From Chthonomonadaceae bacterium (GTDB lineage Bacteria; Armatimonadota; Chthonomonadetes; Chthonomonadales; Chthonomonadaceae): DNA of 64,000 bases. Of the stretch, positions 1 to 9,965 are shown one piece after another (the first letter of the stretch is position 1; each line of letters opens with the position of its first letter). The notes beneath the pieces were generated by a model, which did not search any database, was not told the origin of the DNA, and saw nothing but the letters and a program-made list of their open reading frames with translations. Where the stretch lies: the NCBI GenBank assembly GCA_035653075.1, contig DASRCN010000067.1:13233-77232 (forward strand), read 5' to 3'. A program made the position numbers and the translations under genes.

Positions 1-423
1 CCAGGCCTGCCGGCGAAGGTCCGCCGCCGTTTGCTGCCAGGGCAGACCGATAACCATAGTGTAGGGGCCGGCGGATACCGTCCGGACGCGCCAGCCATCG
101 TCCCGGCGCGGCCAGGCCGGCGCCTCTGGCTGAGATTGCTGGAGGGCATGCCCCCTGGCATCCACGATCAGCAGCGCCAGACGGTCGGGCAGCAGGTCCT
201 GTCGCTCGTCTTCCATCAATCGCGACAGCGGCACATTGCGGTCTTCCCCATTGAGGTCGTTGCGCACTTTCCGGGCCGCCGCCTGCAGCAGGACATCGGC
301 ATTCCGCTCCGCCACATAATGGGCATACGCGATCAGCCCTCCGCAGGCCAGCAGCATGAGCAGCGCGATGCTGCCGGCGAAGGCGAGGGTCATGCGCGCC
401 CGGATCGATTTAGCTATCATGGT
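1..423 (-). CDS. Sensor histidine kinase, N-terminal part only (continues beyond the window edge)
   Basis: Reverse-strand ATG at 421-423 opens a reading frame running off the left edge. Manual translation MIAKSIRARMTLAFAGSIALLMLLACGG... gives a TM/periplasmic-sensor-like N-terminus. It overlaps the stop of the upstream response regulator, a typical RR-HK operon layout. Confidence 0.5.
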
Positions 424-1087
424 CGGCGCTCATCCGGAATCCCACGCCGCGCACGGTGTGGATCAGGGGAGAAGAGTGGCCCTTATCGATCTTGCTGCGA
501 AGATAGCTGATGTAGACGTCGAGGACGTTGTCGTTGCCCTCGAAATCGTACTGCCAGACGTGGTCCAGGATCATGGCGCGCGTCAGGACCCGCCCGGCGT
601 TACGCATCAGGTACTCCAGGAGCGCGTATTCCGTGGCGGAGAGGGCGATCGTCTTGCCCGCGCGGGTCGCCTGGCGGGACGCCAGGTCCAGCGTCAGGTC
701 ATCCACGCGCAGCACCGCCGGAGAAAAGCTGCTGCGCCGCAGCAGCGCCCGGACGCGCGCAAGCAGCTCGGCCACTTGAAACGGCTTGACGATATAGTCG
801 TCCGCTCCGCTGTCCAGTCCCTCGATCTTGTCTTCCAGCGTATCTCGCGCCGTGAGGATCAGAATGGGCGTGCTGATCTTCGCGTTGCGAAGCCGGCGGC
901 AGATCGTGTAGCCATCCAGCCCCGGCAGCATCACGTCCAGCAGGATCAGGTCAAAATCTCCCGCCAGCGCCAGGTCCAGCGCCGTTGGCCCGTCGGCCAC
1001 GACCTGCGCCGCGTAGCCGGATTCGGCGACGGCCTGCTTCAAAAACCGCGCGACGCTTTCATCGTCTTCTACGATCAGGATATTCAC
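410..1087 (-). CDS. OmpR-family two-component response regulator (receiver plus winged-helix)
   Basis: MNILIVEDDESVARFL...LDVMLPGLDGY...LTARD receiver motifs (D, D, T, K positions). C-terminal winged helix ...YISYLRSKID...IHTVRGVGFR. Confidence 0.9.
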   Translation of the reverse strand: MNILIVEDDESVARFLKQAVAESGYAAQVVADGPTALDLALAGDFDLILLDVMLPGLDGYTICRRLRNAKISTPILILTARDTLEDKIEGLDSGADDYIVKPFQVAELLARVRALLRRSSFSPAVLRVDDLTLDLASRQATRAGKTIALSATEYALLEYLMRNAGRVLTRAMILDHVWQYDFEGNDNVLDVYISYLRSKIDKGHSSPLIHTVRGVGFRMSADHDS

Positions 1088-1105
1088 CTCTCACCCTCTT
1101 CCAGT

Positions 1106-2485
1106 TCAGTGTAAGGTAATCCCGGCCTGCGGCTGGACAGGCAGGGCGGCTCCGGTCGCCGCCAGAATCTCATCCTGGGCCTTGTAGAGGGCGAGCAGGC
1201 TGTTGATATAGCCCACCCGCGCATTCCGCAACGTCGTCTCCGCATCGATCACCGGCAAGATTCCCGTCGCGCCTTGCTGATAGCCGATCTGGGCCAGTTC
1301 CAGAAGCGTGCTCGAGGGCGTGAGAATATCGGTCTGATACTGGCTCGCCATCCGGCGCGCCTGCTCGAAATCCGCATACGCCTGGGCCACCTGCTGCTCT
1401 AACTGCTGCTCGCTCTGCTGTTTCTGGGCTATGGCCTGACGCCGGCTGGCCTGCGCCGAGCGTATCGCCTCGCGCACGCTGCCGAAATCCAGCAAGGGAA
1501 ATCGGATCACGCCGATCACCGCGTAGAGCGGCTCCAGTAGTGACCGCTGGTAGTCGAGGGAGAGATCCGGCAGGCGCGCCGCCTGGGCCTGCTTCACGGC
1601 GTAGTCGCCGGCGCGCACCTGCTCCGCTGCGGCCAGAAGCAGCGGACGGTTCCGTTGGGCCTGGCGCAGCAGCTCCGGCAGGGGAGGCAGGTCGGGCAGC
1701 AGGGTGGGGGTGGTCGAGGCGGTCGTGAGGGTGTCGGCCAGGCGCACGGGCGCTTCGGGCGAGCGAGCCAGCAGCGCATTGAAGGCGACGAGGGCGGCAT
1801 GCGCGCTGCCCTGGGCCGAGACCGCGCTCTGCCTGGCATTGGCGACGTCGATGGAGGCGCGCAGCACATCGGTCCTGGGCACCTCTCCGGCCGTAAGCTG
1901 GGTCTGGGTGAGCTGGTAGACCTTCTCGACGTCGGCAAGGCTCTGCTGCGCGATCTGGTTCTGGGCCTGGGCGGCCACGAGGCTCCAGTAGGCATCTCGG
2001 ATCTGCTGCGCCAGCGTGAGGCTGGATTCCTCGAAGCGGTAGCGGGTAGCGTTGAGCTGGGCTCTGGCGCCGGCTGCCTGGAAATGGCGCTGGCCGCTGG
2101 TATCCAGGTTGCCGATGACATCGATGAAGACGTCGCTGTTCTGGTTGTTGACGGTGGGAGCGGACGTGTTACCGGTGGCGCCGGTGACGCTCAGGTCGAT
2201 GGGGGGGAAGGCGGCCAGGGAGCGGTAGGTACCGGCAGCGGCGGCGATCCCGGCGATCCCGGCGGAAGTATTGGGATTGCGTTTCAGGCCGATGCTGACG
2301 GCCTGCTCGACGGTGAGAGGCTCGGGAAGGGTATCGTCAAGGGGCGTTGGATTCGTCGGGGGCATCTGTGCCGAGACCGTCCGGCTCAAAAACACGGCCA
2401 GACAAAGCGCGGCACTCAGAACGAGGCCGCGCCGCCGTTTCGCCCGGAAAGATCGAATGTGGGTACTCCGTCTCTCCCCTGCCAT
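1106..2485 (-). CDS. TolC-like outer membrane efflux protein (OEP family)
   Basis: Signal peptide. Two repeated alpha-helical/beta-barrel halves with Q/A-rich coiled segments typical of the outer membrane factor family. Sits in the same locus as an RND MFP/permease pair and a two-component system. Confidence 0.7.
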   Translation of the reverse strand: MAGERRSTHIRSFRAKRRRGLVLSAALCLAVFLSRTVSAQMPPTNPTPLDDTLPEPLTVEQAVSIGLKRNPNTSAGIAGIAAAAGTYRSLAAFPPIDLSVTGATGNTSAPTVNNQNSDVFIDVIGNLDTSGQRHFQAAGARAQLNATRYRFEESSLTLAQQIRDAYWSLVAAQAQNQIAQQSLADVEKVYQLTQTQLTAGEVPRTDVLRASIDVANARQSAVSAQGSAHAALVAFNALLARSPEAPVRLADTLTTASTTPTLLPDLPPLPELLRQAQRNRPLLLAAAEQVRAGDYAVKQAQAARLPDLSLDYQRSLLEPLYAVIGVIRFPLLDFGSVREAIRSAQASRRQAIAQKQQSEQQLEQQVAQAYADFEQARRMASQYQTDILTPSSTLLELAQIGYQQGATGILPVIDAETTLRNARVGYINSLLALYKAQDEILAATGAALPVQPQAGITLH

Positions 2486-2605
2486 ATCTTCTTGATTCCC
2501 TCTCAGAACTCGGAAGCTGCGGGGAGTGTTGCCTGTCAGCGGAACGACAGCGGCCGGGCCTGGAGAGAACCCGGCCGGAAAAAGGATCGACCCCGCGCTT
2601 CCGGT

Positions 2606-2989
2606 CTATGGTTTATGACGGTGATGCGCCGGCGATTTGCCGCCGTGGCGCGCTTTGGCAGCGTCCGCCCTGGCCTCTCGCTGCTCTTCGGCCTCCGAGG
2701 TGACCTCTACGGTAGCGATCTTGCCCGTTTTGGCGCTCACCATGACCTCGCGCAGTATTTTTCCGGAGCGGACCAGCACGCTGTACTGCCAGGCGCCCTC
2801 TTCGTTTTCCAATTTGACCGGCCCTTCCACGCGGCCGTGGTAGCGCTTCAACGCGACCGCGCGGGCCTGCTGTGTGGTTATTCTGGCATGGCCGTGGGTG
2901 TGCTGTGCCTGAGCCGCTATCGGGCAGAGGCACGCCCCGAGCAAAGCGAACACGCCGACAGAGCCTATCGCCGTTCGTACCGTTTTCAT
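2606..2989 (-). CDS. PepSY domain-containing secreted protein
   Basis: Signal peptide followed by a PepSY-like repeat (ARAVALKRYHGRVEGPVKLENEEGAWQYSVLV). PepSY proteins are frequently adjacent to two-component systems. Confidence 0.55.
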   Translation of the reverse strand: MKTVRTAIGSVGVFALLGACLCPIAAQAQHTHGHARITTQQARAVALKRYHGRVEGPVKLENEEGAWQYSVLVRSGKILREVMVSAKTGKIATVEVTSEAEEQREARADAAKARHGGKSPAHHRHKP

Positions 2990-3353
2990 TGTAGCCGATA
3001 TTTCCTTTCCTGGCGGAAGATACTATATTGAGTACTCTCCCATCTTAACGTCTGTTTCTTAAACGGGCCTTAAAGAAACCTGAGAGTTTGTTAAATACGA
3101 GGCGCTTTCTGCGGCCATTCGCGCCGGGTATCCTGAAATTTAAGCCGATTCTAAGGGAACACACAATATTTTTTAATGTGGAGCAGGGATAATTATGTAG
3201 GCGAAACGGGAGCACATCCTTTTCTCATCTTCTCAATTCTATACTATCCGTGCCCCGATTGACAACATAGCGCCCACGCCGAAAACAACTCCAGGCGATG
3301 CCTGCGATCTATCGAGGCACGTCACCACTCGGATTACGAAAAGGAGAACCTCT

Positions 3354-4397
3354 ATGCACTATCGTGCTTTTCTGCTCACCGGAGCCTTTCTCGGGCTTCT
3401 CGTTCCCGTCGCCGTGTCCGCACCGGCGCCCGAATACCATGTCGTCAAGACTATCCCGCTCACCGGGGATGGCGGCTGGGACTATCTGAGCATCGACGGC
3501 GCGGCCCACCGCCTCTACATCTCGCGCGGCACGCACGTCATGGTGGTCGACATCGACAAGGGCGAGCAGGTGGGCGACATCCCCGATACGCAGGGAGTCC
3601 ATGGAATCGCCATCGACCACGCGCTCAATCGCGGCTTTACCAGCAACGGCGGCGCCAACAGCGTCACGCCCTTCGATCTGAAGACTCTCAAGGCCGACGC
3701 GCCCGTTTCCGTGGGGCAGGGACCGGACTGCATTCTCTTCGATCCGGGCTCCAATCGCGTCTTCACCTTCAATGGACGCAGCCAGGATAGCACGGCCATC
3801 GACGCCGATTCGGAGAAAGTAGCGGGCACCATCGCGCTGGGCGGCCGGCCGGAGTTCGCCGCGGCAGACGGACGCGGCCACGTCTATGTGAATATCGAGG
3901 ACAAGAGCGAGATCGTCCAGATCGACTCTAAGGCGCTGACGGTCCTGAACCGCTGGCCCATCGCGCCCGGCGATAGTCCCTCCGGCCTGTCCATCGACAG
4001 CCGTCACCACCGCCTATTCTCGACCTGCCACAACAACATGATGGTCGTGATGGACGCCGATACCGGCAAAGTGATCGCGACGCCCGCCATAGGCCGGGGC
4101 ACGGATGCGTCCGCCTTCGATCCCAAGACCGGACTGGCGTTCAGTTCCAACGGAGACGGCACGCTGACGGTGGTGCAGGAGAAGGATCCGAACACGTTCG
4201 AAGTGGCGCAGAATGTTACCACCGAGCCGGGAGCGCGCACGATGGCGCTGGACCCCAAGACGCACTCGATCTATCTGTGTACCGCCAAGATAGACACTAC
4301 TCCGCCGCCGGCCGGTCAGGAGCAGGGACAGGGACCGCAGCGATTCCGCCGCCGGTTCGTGCCCGGCTCCTTCCATCTCATTGTCGTGGGGGAGTGA
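3354..4397 (+). CDS. YVTN-family beta-propeller repeat protein, secreted
   Basis: Signal peptide. Repeated roughly 40-aa units (...HGIAIDHALNRGFTSN..., ...LFDPGSNRVFTFN..., ...AFDPKTGLAFSSN...) matching the YVTN/NHL-like propeller repeat. RBS AAGGAGA lies upstream. Confidence 0.8.
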   Translation: MHYRAFLLTGAFLGLLVPVAVSAPAPEYHVVKTIPLTGDGGWDYLSIDGAAHRLYISRGTHVMVVDIDKGEQVGDIPDTQGVHGIAIDHALNRGFTSNGGANSVTPFDLKTLKADAPVSVGQGPDCILFDPGSNRVFTFNGRSQDSTAIDADSEKVAGTIALGGRPEFAAADGRGHVYVNIEDKSEIVQIDSKALTVLNRWPIAPGDSPSGLSIDSRHHRLFSTCHNNMMVVMDADTGKVIATPAIGRGTDASAFDPKTGLAFSSNGDGTLTVVQEKDPNTFEVAQNVTTEPGARTMALDPKTHSIYLCTAKIDTTPPPAGQEQGQGPQRFRRRFVPGSFHLIVVGE

Positions 4398-4685
4398 AAA
4401 AGCCCCCACCCCCAACCCCTCCTCGAACCTTCGGAATTCTAGGGGAGGGGAGATTCTATTCAAAGCTCGCTCGCTCTTACCTGAGCAGCGAGAGAGGCTA
4501 GGCAAATAGTTTCAGTTATGCTCCTGGTCCCAGGAAGCCTTTGGGAAAGAGTATTAGCCCTAAATCTAGTCCCCTTCTCCTAGATTTGGGGAAGGGGAGA
4601 CTAGATCAGGTGCTAACAGAGAAGGAGGTAAATTGCGTAGTAGTAGGCGACGCCTAGGGGCTATCTATTTCGGAGGACGGCTGTT

Positions 4686-6293
4686 TTGAGGATTTCATCT
4701 CCGCCATCGTTACGCCGCGCCGCTCTGGCGGCGCTGGCGCTTCTCATGGCGGTTTTCGTATTTAGCGGATGCTCGCATGGCGGCAGTGACCCTGCGGCGG
4801 GAGGTAAATCCGACACGGCGGCGCCGGTCGCCGTCGAGATGGCGACTGCCGAGACTCGCCCGATGAGCACCACCGTCCTCGCGCAGGGCACGCTGTCGCC
4901 GGGGCAGGGGGCCGTCGCCCACGTCGCGGCGGTGACGGCCGGGCGGCTGGTGAGCGTGCCTGTGCGGGAGGGCGACCGCGTGCGCAAAGGGCAGGTCGTC
5001 GCCCTGGTGGACAGCCGCCCGCAGCAGGCGCAGGCGCAAAGCGCGGCGGCAGCCTATACGGCGGCAGAGTCGCAGGCGCGCGAGGCCGCGCTGGCGGCCC
5101 AGGCCGCCGCCACCGACCAGACGAACGCCGTCCGCCTGGCGCGGCTGGCTTTGGAAGCGGCGCAGCGCGACCGGGATAGCTCCGTGGCGGCAGCCCGCCT
5201 CGATCTGGAAACGGCTCTGACCGATCTGCACAAAACGCAGGCCGGCGCTCGCCCGCAGGAGATCGCGCAGGCCGAGCAGACGGTCGCCCAGGACGAGGCG
5301 ACGTACAAGCGGGCAGAGACCGAGCTGGCGCGCGTCCAGTATCTCTACGGCAAGGGCATCGATGCCAAGCGGCAGTTGGACGATGCCCAGGCCGCGCTGG
5401 CGATCGCCGACTCGACGCTGAAGAGCGCTCAGGCTAGCCTTAGCCTGGTGAAGGCCGGGGCGCGTCCCGAAGATCTGCGCGCGGCTCAACTGCGCGTCGA
5501 TCAAGCGCGGCAGGCGCTGTCTGCCGCCAAGACCGGCGGCGACACGAAGGTTCGGCAGGCTCAGGCTTCGCTGCAGCAGGCCGAGCAGGCCGCGCTGCAG
5601 GTCGCCGTCAAGCAGCAGGACGCCCGCGCCATGCAGCAGACCGCCGCGCAGAAGCGCGCCGACCTGGCCGGCGCGCAGGCCGCCGCCGGCTATGCCGCGC
5701 TGCACGCGCCCCTGAGCGGCGTTGTCACCCACCGCGCGCTCAATCCCGGCGACATGGCCGATCCTGCCACCCCCGTGCTGGAGATCACCGACACGCGCGC
5801 CCTCAACCTCCTGGCGAACCTGCCTGCCGAGGACGGCATGAAAGTCCGGGTCGGGATGCCGGTGCGCATCTCCACAGCGGACGCGCCGGGCCATCCCTTC
5901 GCCGGACGCGTGCTCAGCGTGGGCGAGGTCGATCCGCAGACGAACCTGATGACCGCGCGCATCGCGGTCGCCAATCCCGAAGGGATACTTAAGGTCGGCT
6001 CGTTCGCCACGGGAGACATCCTCCTTCGCACCGATCCGCGCGCTGTGGTCGTGCCCAAGCAGGCGATCGTGACCCATGAGGACAAGACGGTCGTGTTCGT
6101 GGCCGGCGACGATAACGTGGCCCATCAGCGCGAGGTGACGACCGGCGCGGAAGAGAACGGCCTGGTGGAGATCCTGAACGGCATCAAGCCCGGCGAGAAA
6201 GTGATCAAGCTGGGGCAATATGAGTTGAGCGACGGCGCGAAGGTGCAGCCTGCCGAGAAGGCGGAAGCGGCGAAGGACGAGGACAAGAAATGA
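4686..6293 (+). CDS. RND efflux periplasmic adaptor (membrane fusion protein, HlyD family), lipoprotein
   Basis: TTG start with GGAGGA RBS 10 nt upstream. Lipoprotein signal ...LLMAVFVFSGC. Biotin-lipoyl-like and long alpha-hairpin (QAQ-rich) segments. 4-bp overlap with the downstream RND permease. Confidence 0.85.
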   Translation: MRISSPPSLRRAALAALALLMAVFVFSGCSHGGSDPAAGGKSDTAAPVAVEMATAETRPMSTTVLAQGTLSPGQGAVAHVAAVTAGRLVSVPVREGDRVRKGQVVALVDSRPQQAQAQSAAAAYTAAESQAREAALAAQAAATDQTNAVRLARLALEAAQRDRDSSVAAARLDLETALTDLHKTQAGARPQEIAQAEQTVAQDEATYKRAETELARVQYLYGKGIDAKRQLDDAQAALAIADSTLKSAQASLSLVKAGARPEDLRAAQLRVDQARQALSAAKTGGDTKVRQAQASLQQAEQAALQVAVKQQDARAMQQTAAQKRADLAGAQAAAGYAALHAPLSGVVTHRALNPGDMADPATPVLEITDTRALNLLANLPAEDGMKVRVGMPVRISTADAPGHPFAGRVLSVGEVDPQTNLMTARIAVANPEGILKVGSFATGDILLRTDPRAVVVPKQAIVTHEDKTVVFVAGDDNVAHQREVTTGAEENGLVEILNGIKPGEKVIKLGQYELSDGAKVQPAEKAEAAKDEDKK

Positions 6294-9200
6294 GTCTGAG
6301 CCGCTTCGCCACCCACCACATCAAAGCCATCCTGTTCGTGACCGTCATCCTCTGCGCCATTGGCGCGTGGCTGGTCGGCTCGTTCCCCGTCTCCATCTTG
6401 CCCGACGTGACCTTTCCCCGCGTGGTAGTCATCGCGGAGTCGGGCGACCGGCCCGTGCGCATGGTCGACGTCGGGATCGCGCGCCCGCTGGAAGAGGCTA
6501 TCGCTACGGTTCCCGGCGTCACGAAGATACGCACGAAGATGCAGCGCGGCGCGGCGGAGATTTCGGTGGACTTCGTCTGGGGCACCGACATGGTGATGGC
6601 CCAGCAGTTGGTCAGCACCAAAGTCAACGAAACCCGCCCGCTGCTGCCGCCGGACACGGATGTCAGCGCCGAGCGCATGAACCCGACGGTCTTTCCGATC
6701 CTGGGCCTCTCCTTGCGCGCAAAAGGGCTGACCCAGTCCCAACTTTGGAGCCTGGCGACCTACACCATACGGCCCCACCTGACTCGCGTGCCCGGCGTGG
6801 CGCGCGTGGTCGTGCAGGGGGGGAGCGTGCCGGAGATCGAGGTCGACGTCAATCCGCAGCGGCTGGCCGCCTTTAAGCTGTCCCTGCCGGAAGTCGAGCA
6901 GGCGCTCTCCCAGACCAACGTCATTCGCGCCGTCGGACGCATGGACCGCCAGTTCCAGCAGTACCAGGCGCTCATCTCCGGCCAGACCACCGACCCGGAG
7001 CAGTTGGGCGGCATCGTCGTGGCGCAGCGCAGCGGCGTGCCGATCACCCTGAGCGAGCTCGCCGACATCCGCCACAGCGTGCAGGACCGCACGACGATCG
7101 TCACGGCGGACGGGGCGCAGTCGGTCCTGATCAACATCGTGCGCCAGCCGGACGCCAACACAGTCACCGTCGTGGACGGCGTGCGGCGCGAACTGGCGGC
7201 GATGCAGCCCTCCCTGCCGCAGGGAACGGACGTGAGCGTCTTCTACGACCAGTCCGTGCTGATCGGCGAGGCGGTCGGCAGCGTACGCGACGCGGTCCTG
7301 ATCGGGGCCGTTCTGGCGGTGATCGTGCTGCTGATGTTCCTGGGGAACGTGCGCGCCACGGTGGTGACGGCGGTCATCATTCCGGCGACGGTGCTCATTA
7401 CGTTCCTGTTCATGCGGCTGGCCGGTCTCACAATGAACCTGATGACCCTGGGCGCGCTCGCCGTCGGGATCGGCCTGGTGATCGACGACGCGATCGTGGT
7501 GGTGGAGAACGTCTTCCGCCATCTCTCGCACGGCGAGCAGCGCACCATCGCCATCCAGAAGGCCGCCTCCGAGATCGCCGCGCCCATGATCTCCTCGACG
7601 CTGACCACGGTGGTCGTCTTCCTGCCGCTGGTGTTGGTCTCCGGGGTCTACGGCGCGTTCTTCACGGCGCTTGCCGTCACGCTGACCATCGCCCTGATGG
7701 TCTCGCTGGCCCTGGCGCTGCTGGTCAGCCCGACCCTGTGCGCGGCCTTCCTGCAGGTGCGGCAGGGCGCACCGGAGCATGGGCGGCTCTTCGAGCGCGC
7801 GATCGGCGGGTACGAGCGGATACTGCGCGTGGGGCTGCGCTACCGCTGGCTGATGCCCGTCACCGCCGCCGTCATCATCGGCCTCACCCTTTTCTTCGCC
7901 TTCAAACTCCAGACCGGAGTGATGCCGGACATGGACGAGGGCGCCTTCGTGCTGGACTACTGGACGCCGCCGGGCACCTCGCTGCAGGAGAGCGACCGCC
8001 TGCTCCGCAAGATCGAGGCGATCCTGGCGGAAACGCCGGAAGTCAGCTCCTATTCGCGCCGCACGGGCACGGAGCTGGGCTTTGCGATCACCGAGCCCAA
8101 CACGGGCGACTTCGCCGTCACCCTCAAGCCGAAGTCGGAGCGCCATCGGTCCATCGACGCGATCATGGACGGCGTCCGCGATAAGATCCAGGAAGAGGTG
8201 CCGGGCGTCGATCCCGATTTTCACCAGGTCTTGCAGGACCTGATCGGCGATCTGCAGGGCGCCCCCTCGCCCGTCGAGATCAAGCTGTTCGGCGAGAACC
8301 AGCAGGCGATCAATGCGCTTGGGGACCAGATCAAAGACGGGCTGGATAAGATCAAAGGGGTCTCGGACACCAAGTCGAGCGCCGTCGAGTCCGGACCGGA
8401 GCTGGTGGTGCATATTGATCCGATGCGGGCCGGACGGGTCGGGCTGACGCCGGACGCGGTCGCCACGCAGGTCAACGCCGCCATGTTCGGCGACGTGGTC
8501 ACCCAGATTCTGGAAGGCGACCGGCAGGTGGGCGTGCGCGTGCGCTATCCCGCCGCCTACCGCGCCGACGAGGCGCAGTTGATGCAGTTGGCCATCCATA
8601 CGCCCGGCGGCTTTAACGTCCCGCTGGCGGCGCTGGGGACCGTCGAGCGCGTTCCCGGCACGACCGAGCTGAACCGGGAGGACCAGCGCCAGGTCGTCTC
8701 CGTTACCGGAGAGCTGGACGGCACGCGGGACCTGGGCAGCGTGAAGCGGGACGTCGAGGCCATGATGGGCAAGATGACGCTGCCGCCCGGCGTCACCTAC
8801 GTGCTGGGCGGCCAGTTCCAGAGCCAGGCGGAATCGTTTAAGAACCTGCTCATGGTGCTGGCGCTGGCGATCCTGCTCGTGTTCGCCGTCATGATCTTCC
8901 AGTTCGGCTCGTTCACCGCGCCAACGGTCATCCTGCTGGTCATGCCGCTCTCCCTGTTCGGCGTGGTGCTGGGACTGTTCGTCACGAAGACGCCGCTGAA
9001 CGTCTCCTCCTTCATGGGCGCGATCATGCTGGTGGGCATCGTGGTCAAGAACGGTATCCTGCTGCTGGACCGCGCGCAGAAAGGCGAGGCGGAGGGCGCG
9101 CCGCTGGAAGAGGCGGTCCTGCAGGCGGGCCGAGTGCGGCTGCGGCCTATTCTCATGACCACCCTGACGGCGATTCTGGGACTCGTTCCTCTGGCGCTGG

Positions 9201-9382
9201 GCATCGGGGCGGGCGCCGAGATGCAGAAGCCGCTGGCCATCGCCGTCATCGGCGGGCTGAGCTTCTCGACCGTCTTCACCCTGCTCTTCGCGCCGCTGCT
9301 CTACGTCGCGCTTCGCCGCCGGCAGGCGCCTCATCCCATTGCCCTGCGCGCCCGTGGCGAAGAGGCTGCCGAAGCGGATTAA
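6290..9382 (+). CDS. RND efflux permease (AcrB/CzcA superfamily), 12 TM helices
   Basis: 1030 aa with characteristic RND N-terminus MSLSRFATHHIKAILFVTVIL...ILPDVTFPRVVV and two large periplasmic loops. Translationally coupled to the MFP gene. Confidence 0.95.
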   Translation: MSLSRFATHHIKAILFVTVILCAIGAWLVGSFPVSILPDVTFPRVVVIAESGDRPVRMVDVGIARPLEEAIATVPGVTKIRTKMQRGAAEISVDFVWGTDMVMAQQLVSTKVNETRPLLPPDTDVSAERMNPTVFPILGLSLRAKGLTQSQLWSLATYTIRPHLTRVPGVARVVVQGGSVPEIEVDVNPQRLAAFKLSLPEVEQALSQTNVIRAVGRMDRQFQQYQALISGQTTDPEQLGGIVVAQRSGVPITLSELADIRHSVQDRTTIVTADGAQSVLINIVRQPDANTVTVVDGVRRELAAMQPSLPQGTDVSVFYDQSVLIGEAVGSVRDAVLIGAVLAVIVLLMFLGNVRATVVTAVIIPATVLITFLFMRLAGLTMNLMTLGALAVGIGLVIDDAIVVVENVFRHLSHGEQRTIAIQKAASEIAAPMISSTLTTVVVFLPLVLVSGVYGAFFTALAVTLTIALMVSLALALLVSPTLCAAFLQVRQGAPEHGRLFERAIGGYERILRVGLRYRWLMPVTAAVIIGLTLFFAFKLQTGVMPDMDEGAFVLDYWTPPGTSLQESDRLLRKIEAILAETPEVSSYSRRTGTELGFAITEPNTGDFAVTLKPKSERHRSIDAIMDGVRDKIQEEVPGVDPDFHQVLQDLIGDLQGAPSPVEIKLFGENQQAINALGDQIKDGLDKIKGVSDTKSSAVESGPELVVHIDPMRAGRVGLTPDAVATQVNAAMFGDVVTQILEGDRQVGVRVRYPAAYRADEAQLMQLAIHTPGGFNVPLAALGTVERVPGTTELNREDQRQVVSVTGELDGTRDLGSVKRDVEAMMGKMTLPPGVTYVLGGQFQSQAESFKNLLMVLALAILLVFAVMIFQFGSFTAPTVILLVMPLSLFGVVLGLFVTKTPLNVSSFMGAIMLVGIVVKNGILLLDRAQKGEAEGAPLEEAVLQAGRVRLRPILMTTLTAILGLVPLALGIGAGAEMQKPLAIAVIGGLSFSTVFTLLFAPLLYVALRRRQAPHPIALRARGEEAAEAD

Positions 9383-9540
9383 CACTCCTTATCCTTCTGG
9401 GTGCTTCCGAAAGCTAGAAAGGGAGGGAACTGGAGACAAAACGGAGCGGGCACGCTACCTGGAAGCCGTCCAGCAAGGGTATTTGGAGAATTACGCTGCC
9501 CTGGCTGACTTTTTCCGAGAAACAGTGGAACGGCGCTTAT

Positions 9541-9570
9541 CCGGCTCCGTTTGAGGTTGAGCCGGCTTTA
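9541..9570 (+). terminator. Weak hairpin (CCGGCTC-N11-GAGCCGG followed by CTTTA) downstream of the RND operon
   Basis: Inverted repeat seen directly. The T-tract is poor. Confidence 0.25.
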
Positions 9571-9965
9571 GTCCTCGCGCGCCTTCCAAAACAGACGAGG
9601 CCCGCGCGTCCTGTTCGATCATACGCTGTCGCTGTTGACGATCGCGTAGATAAGGGTTTGTCTCTGAAAGTGAAGCCATTCCAGTTTCCTCTTGCATAAT
9701 GCAATTGTATTATATTGTACCACGTTTGCCACTCCCGTGCTATTCATGAGCCGAAAAACGTTAAGATGATCTGGTTCGGAAATTTCGGTGGTTTTATGGT
9801 ATCCAAACACTCAGACATGAATGATCGGCAATCCCGGCACAGGGGAGGCGTTTACGGCCCGGAGGGTGAGGGGCAACGCGTCAGCGGCAATTCTGCTGCC
9901 GGCGTGCAACAGATCATTCATGCGTTCTATTCATTTTACAGGAGACCGGAGGAAACAGGAACAGG

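Noticed and set aside
31-510. 159-aa plus-strand ORF at the window start
   Set aside because: Antisense to the histidine-kinase N-terminus and response-regulator 3' end. Composition is non-protein-like.
1655-3031. 458-aa plus-strand ORF
   Set aside because: Antisense to the TolC-like and PepSY genes. Gly/Arg-rich low-complexity translation.
4710-6218. 502-aa minus-strand ORF
   Set aside because: Antisense to the RND membrane fusion protein gene. Arg/Gly/Leu-rich nonsense composition.
6125-9385. 1086-aa ORF on the minus strand
   Set aside because: Entirely antisense to the strongly supported RND permease gene. Low-complexity R/D/G/H-rich translation typical of high-GC antisense frames.
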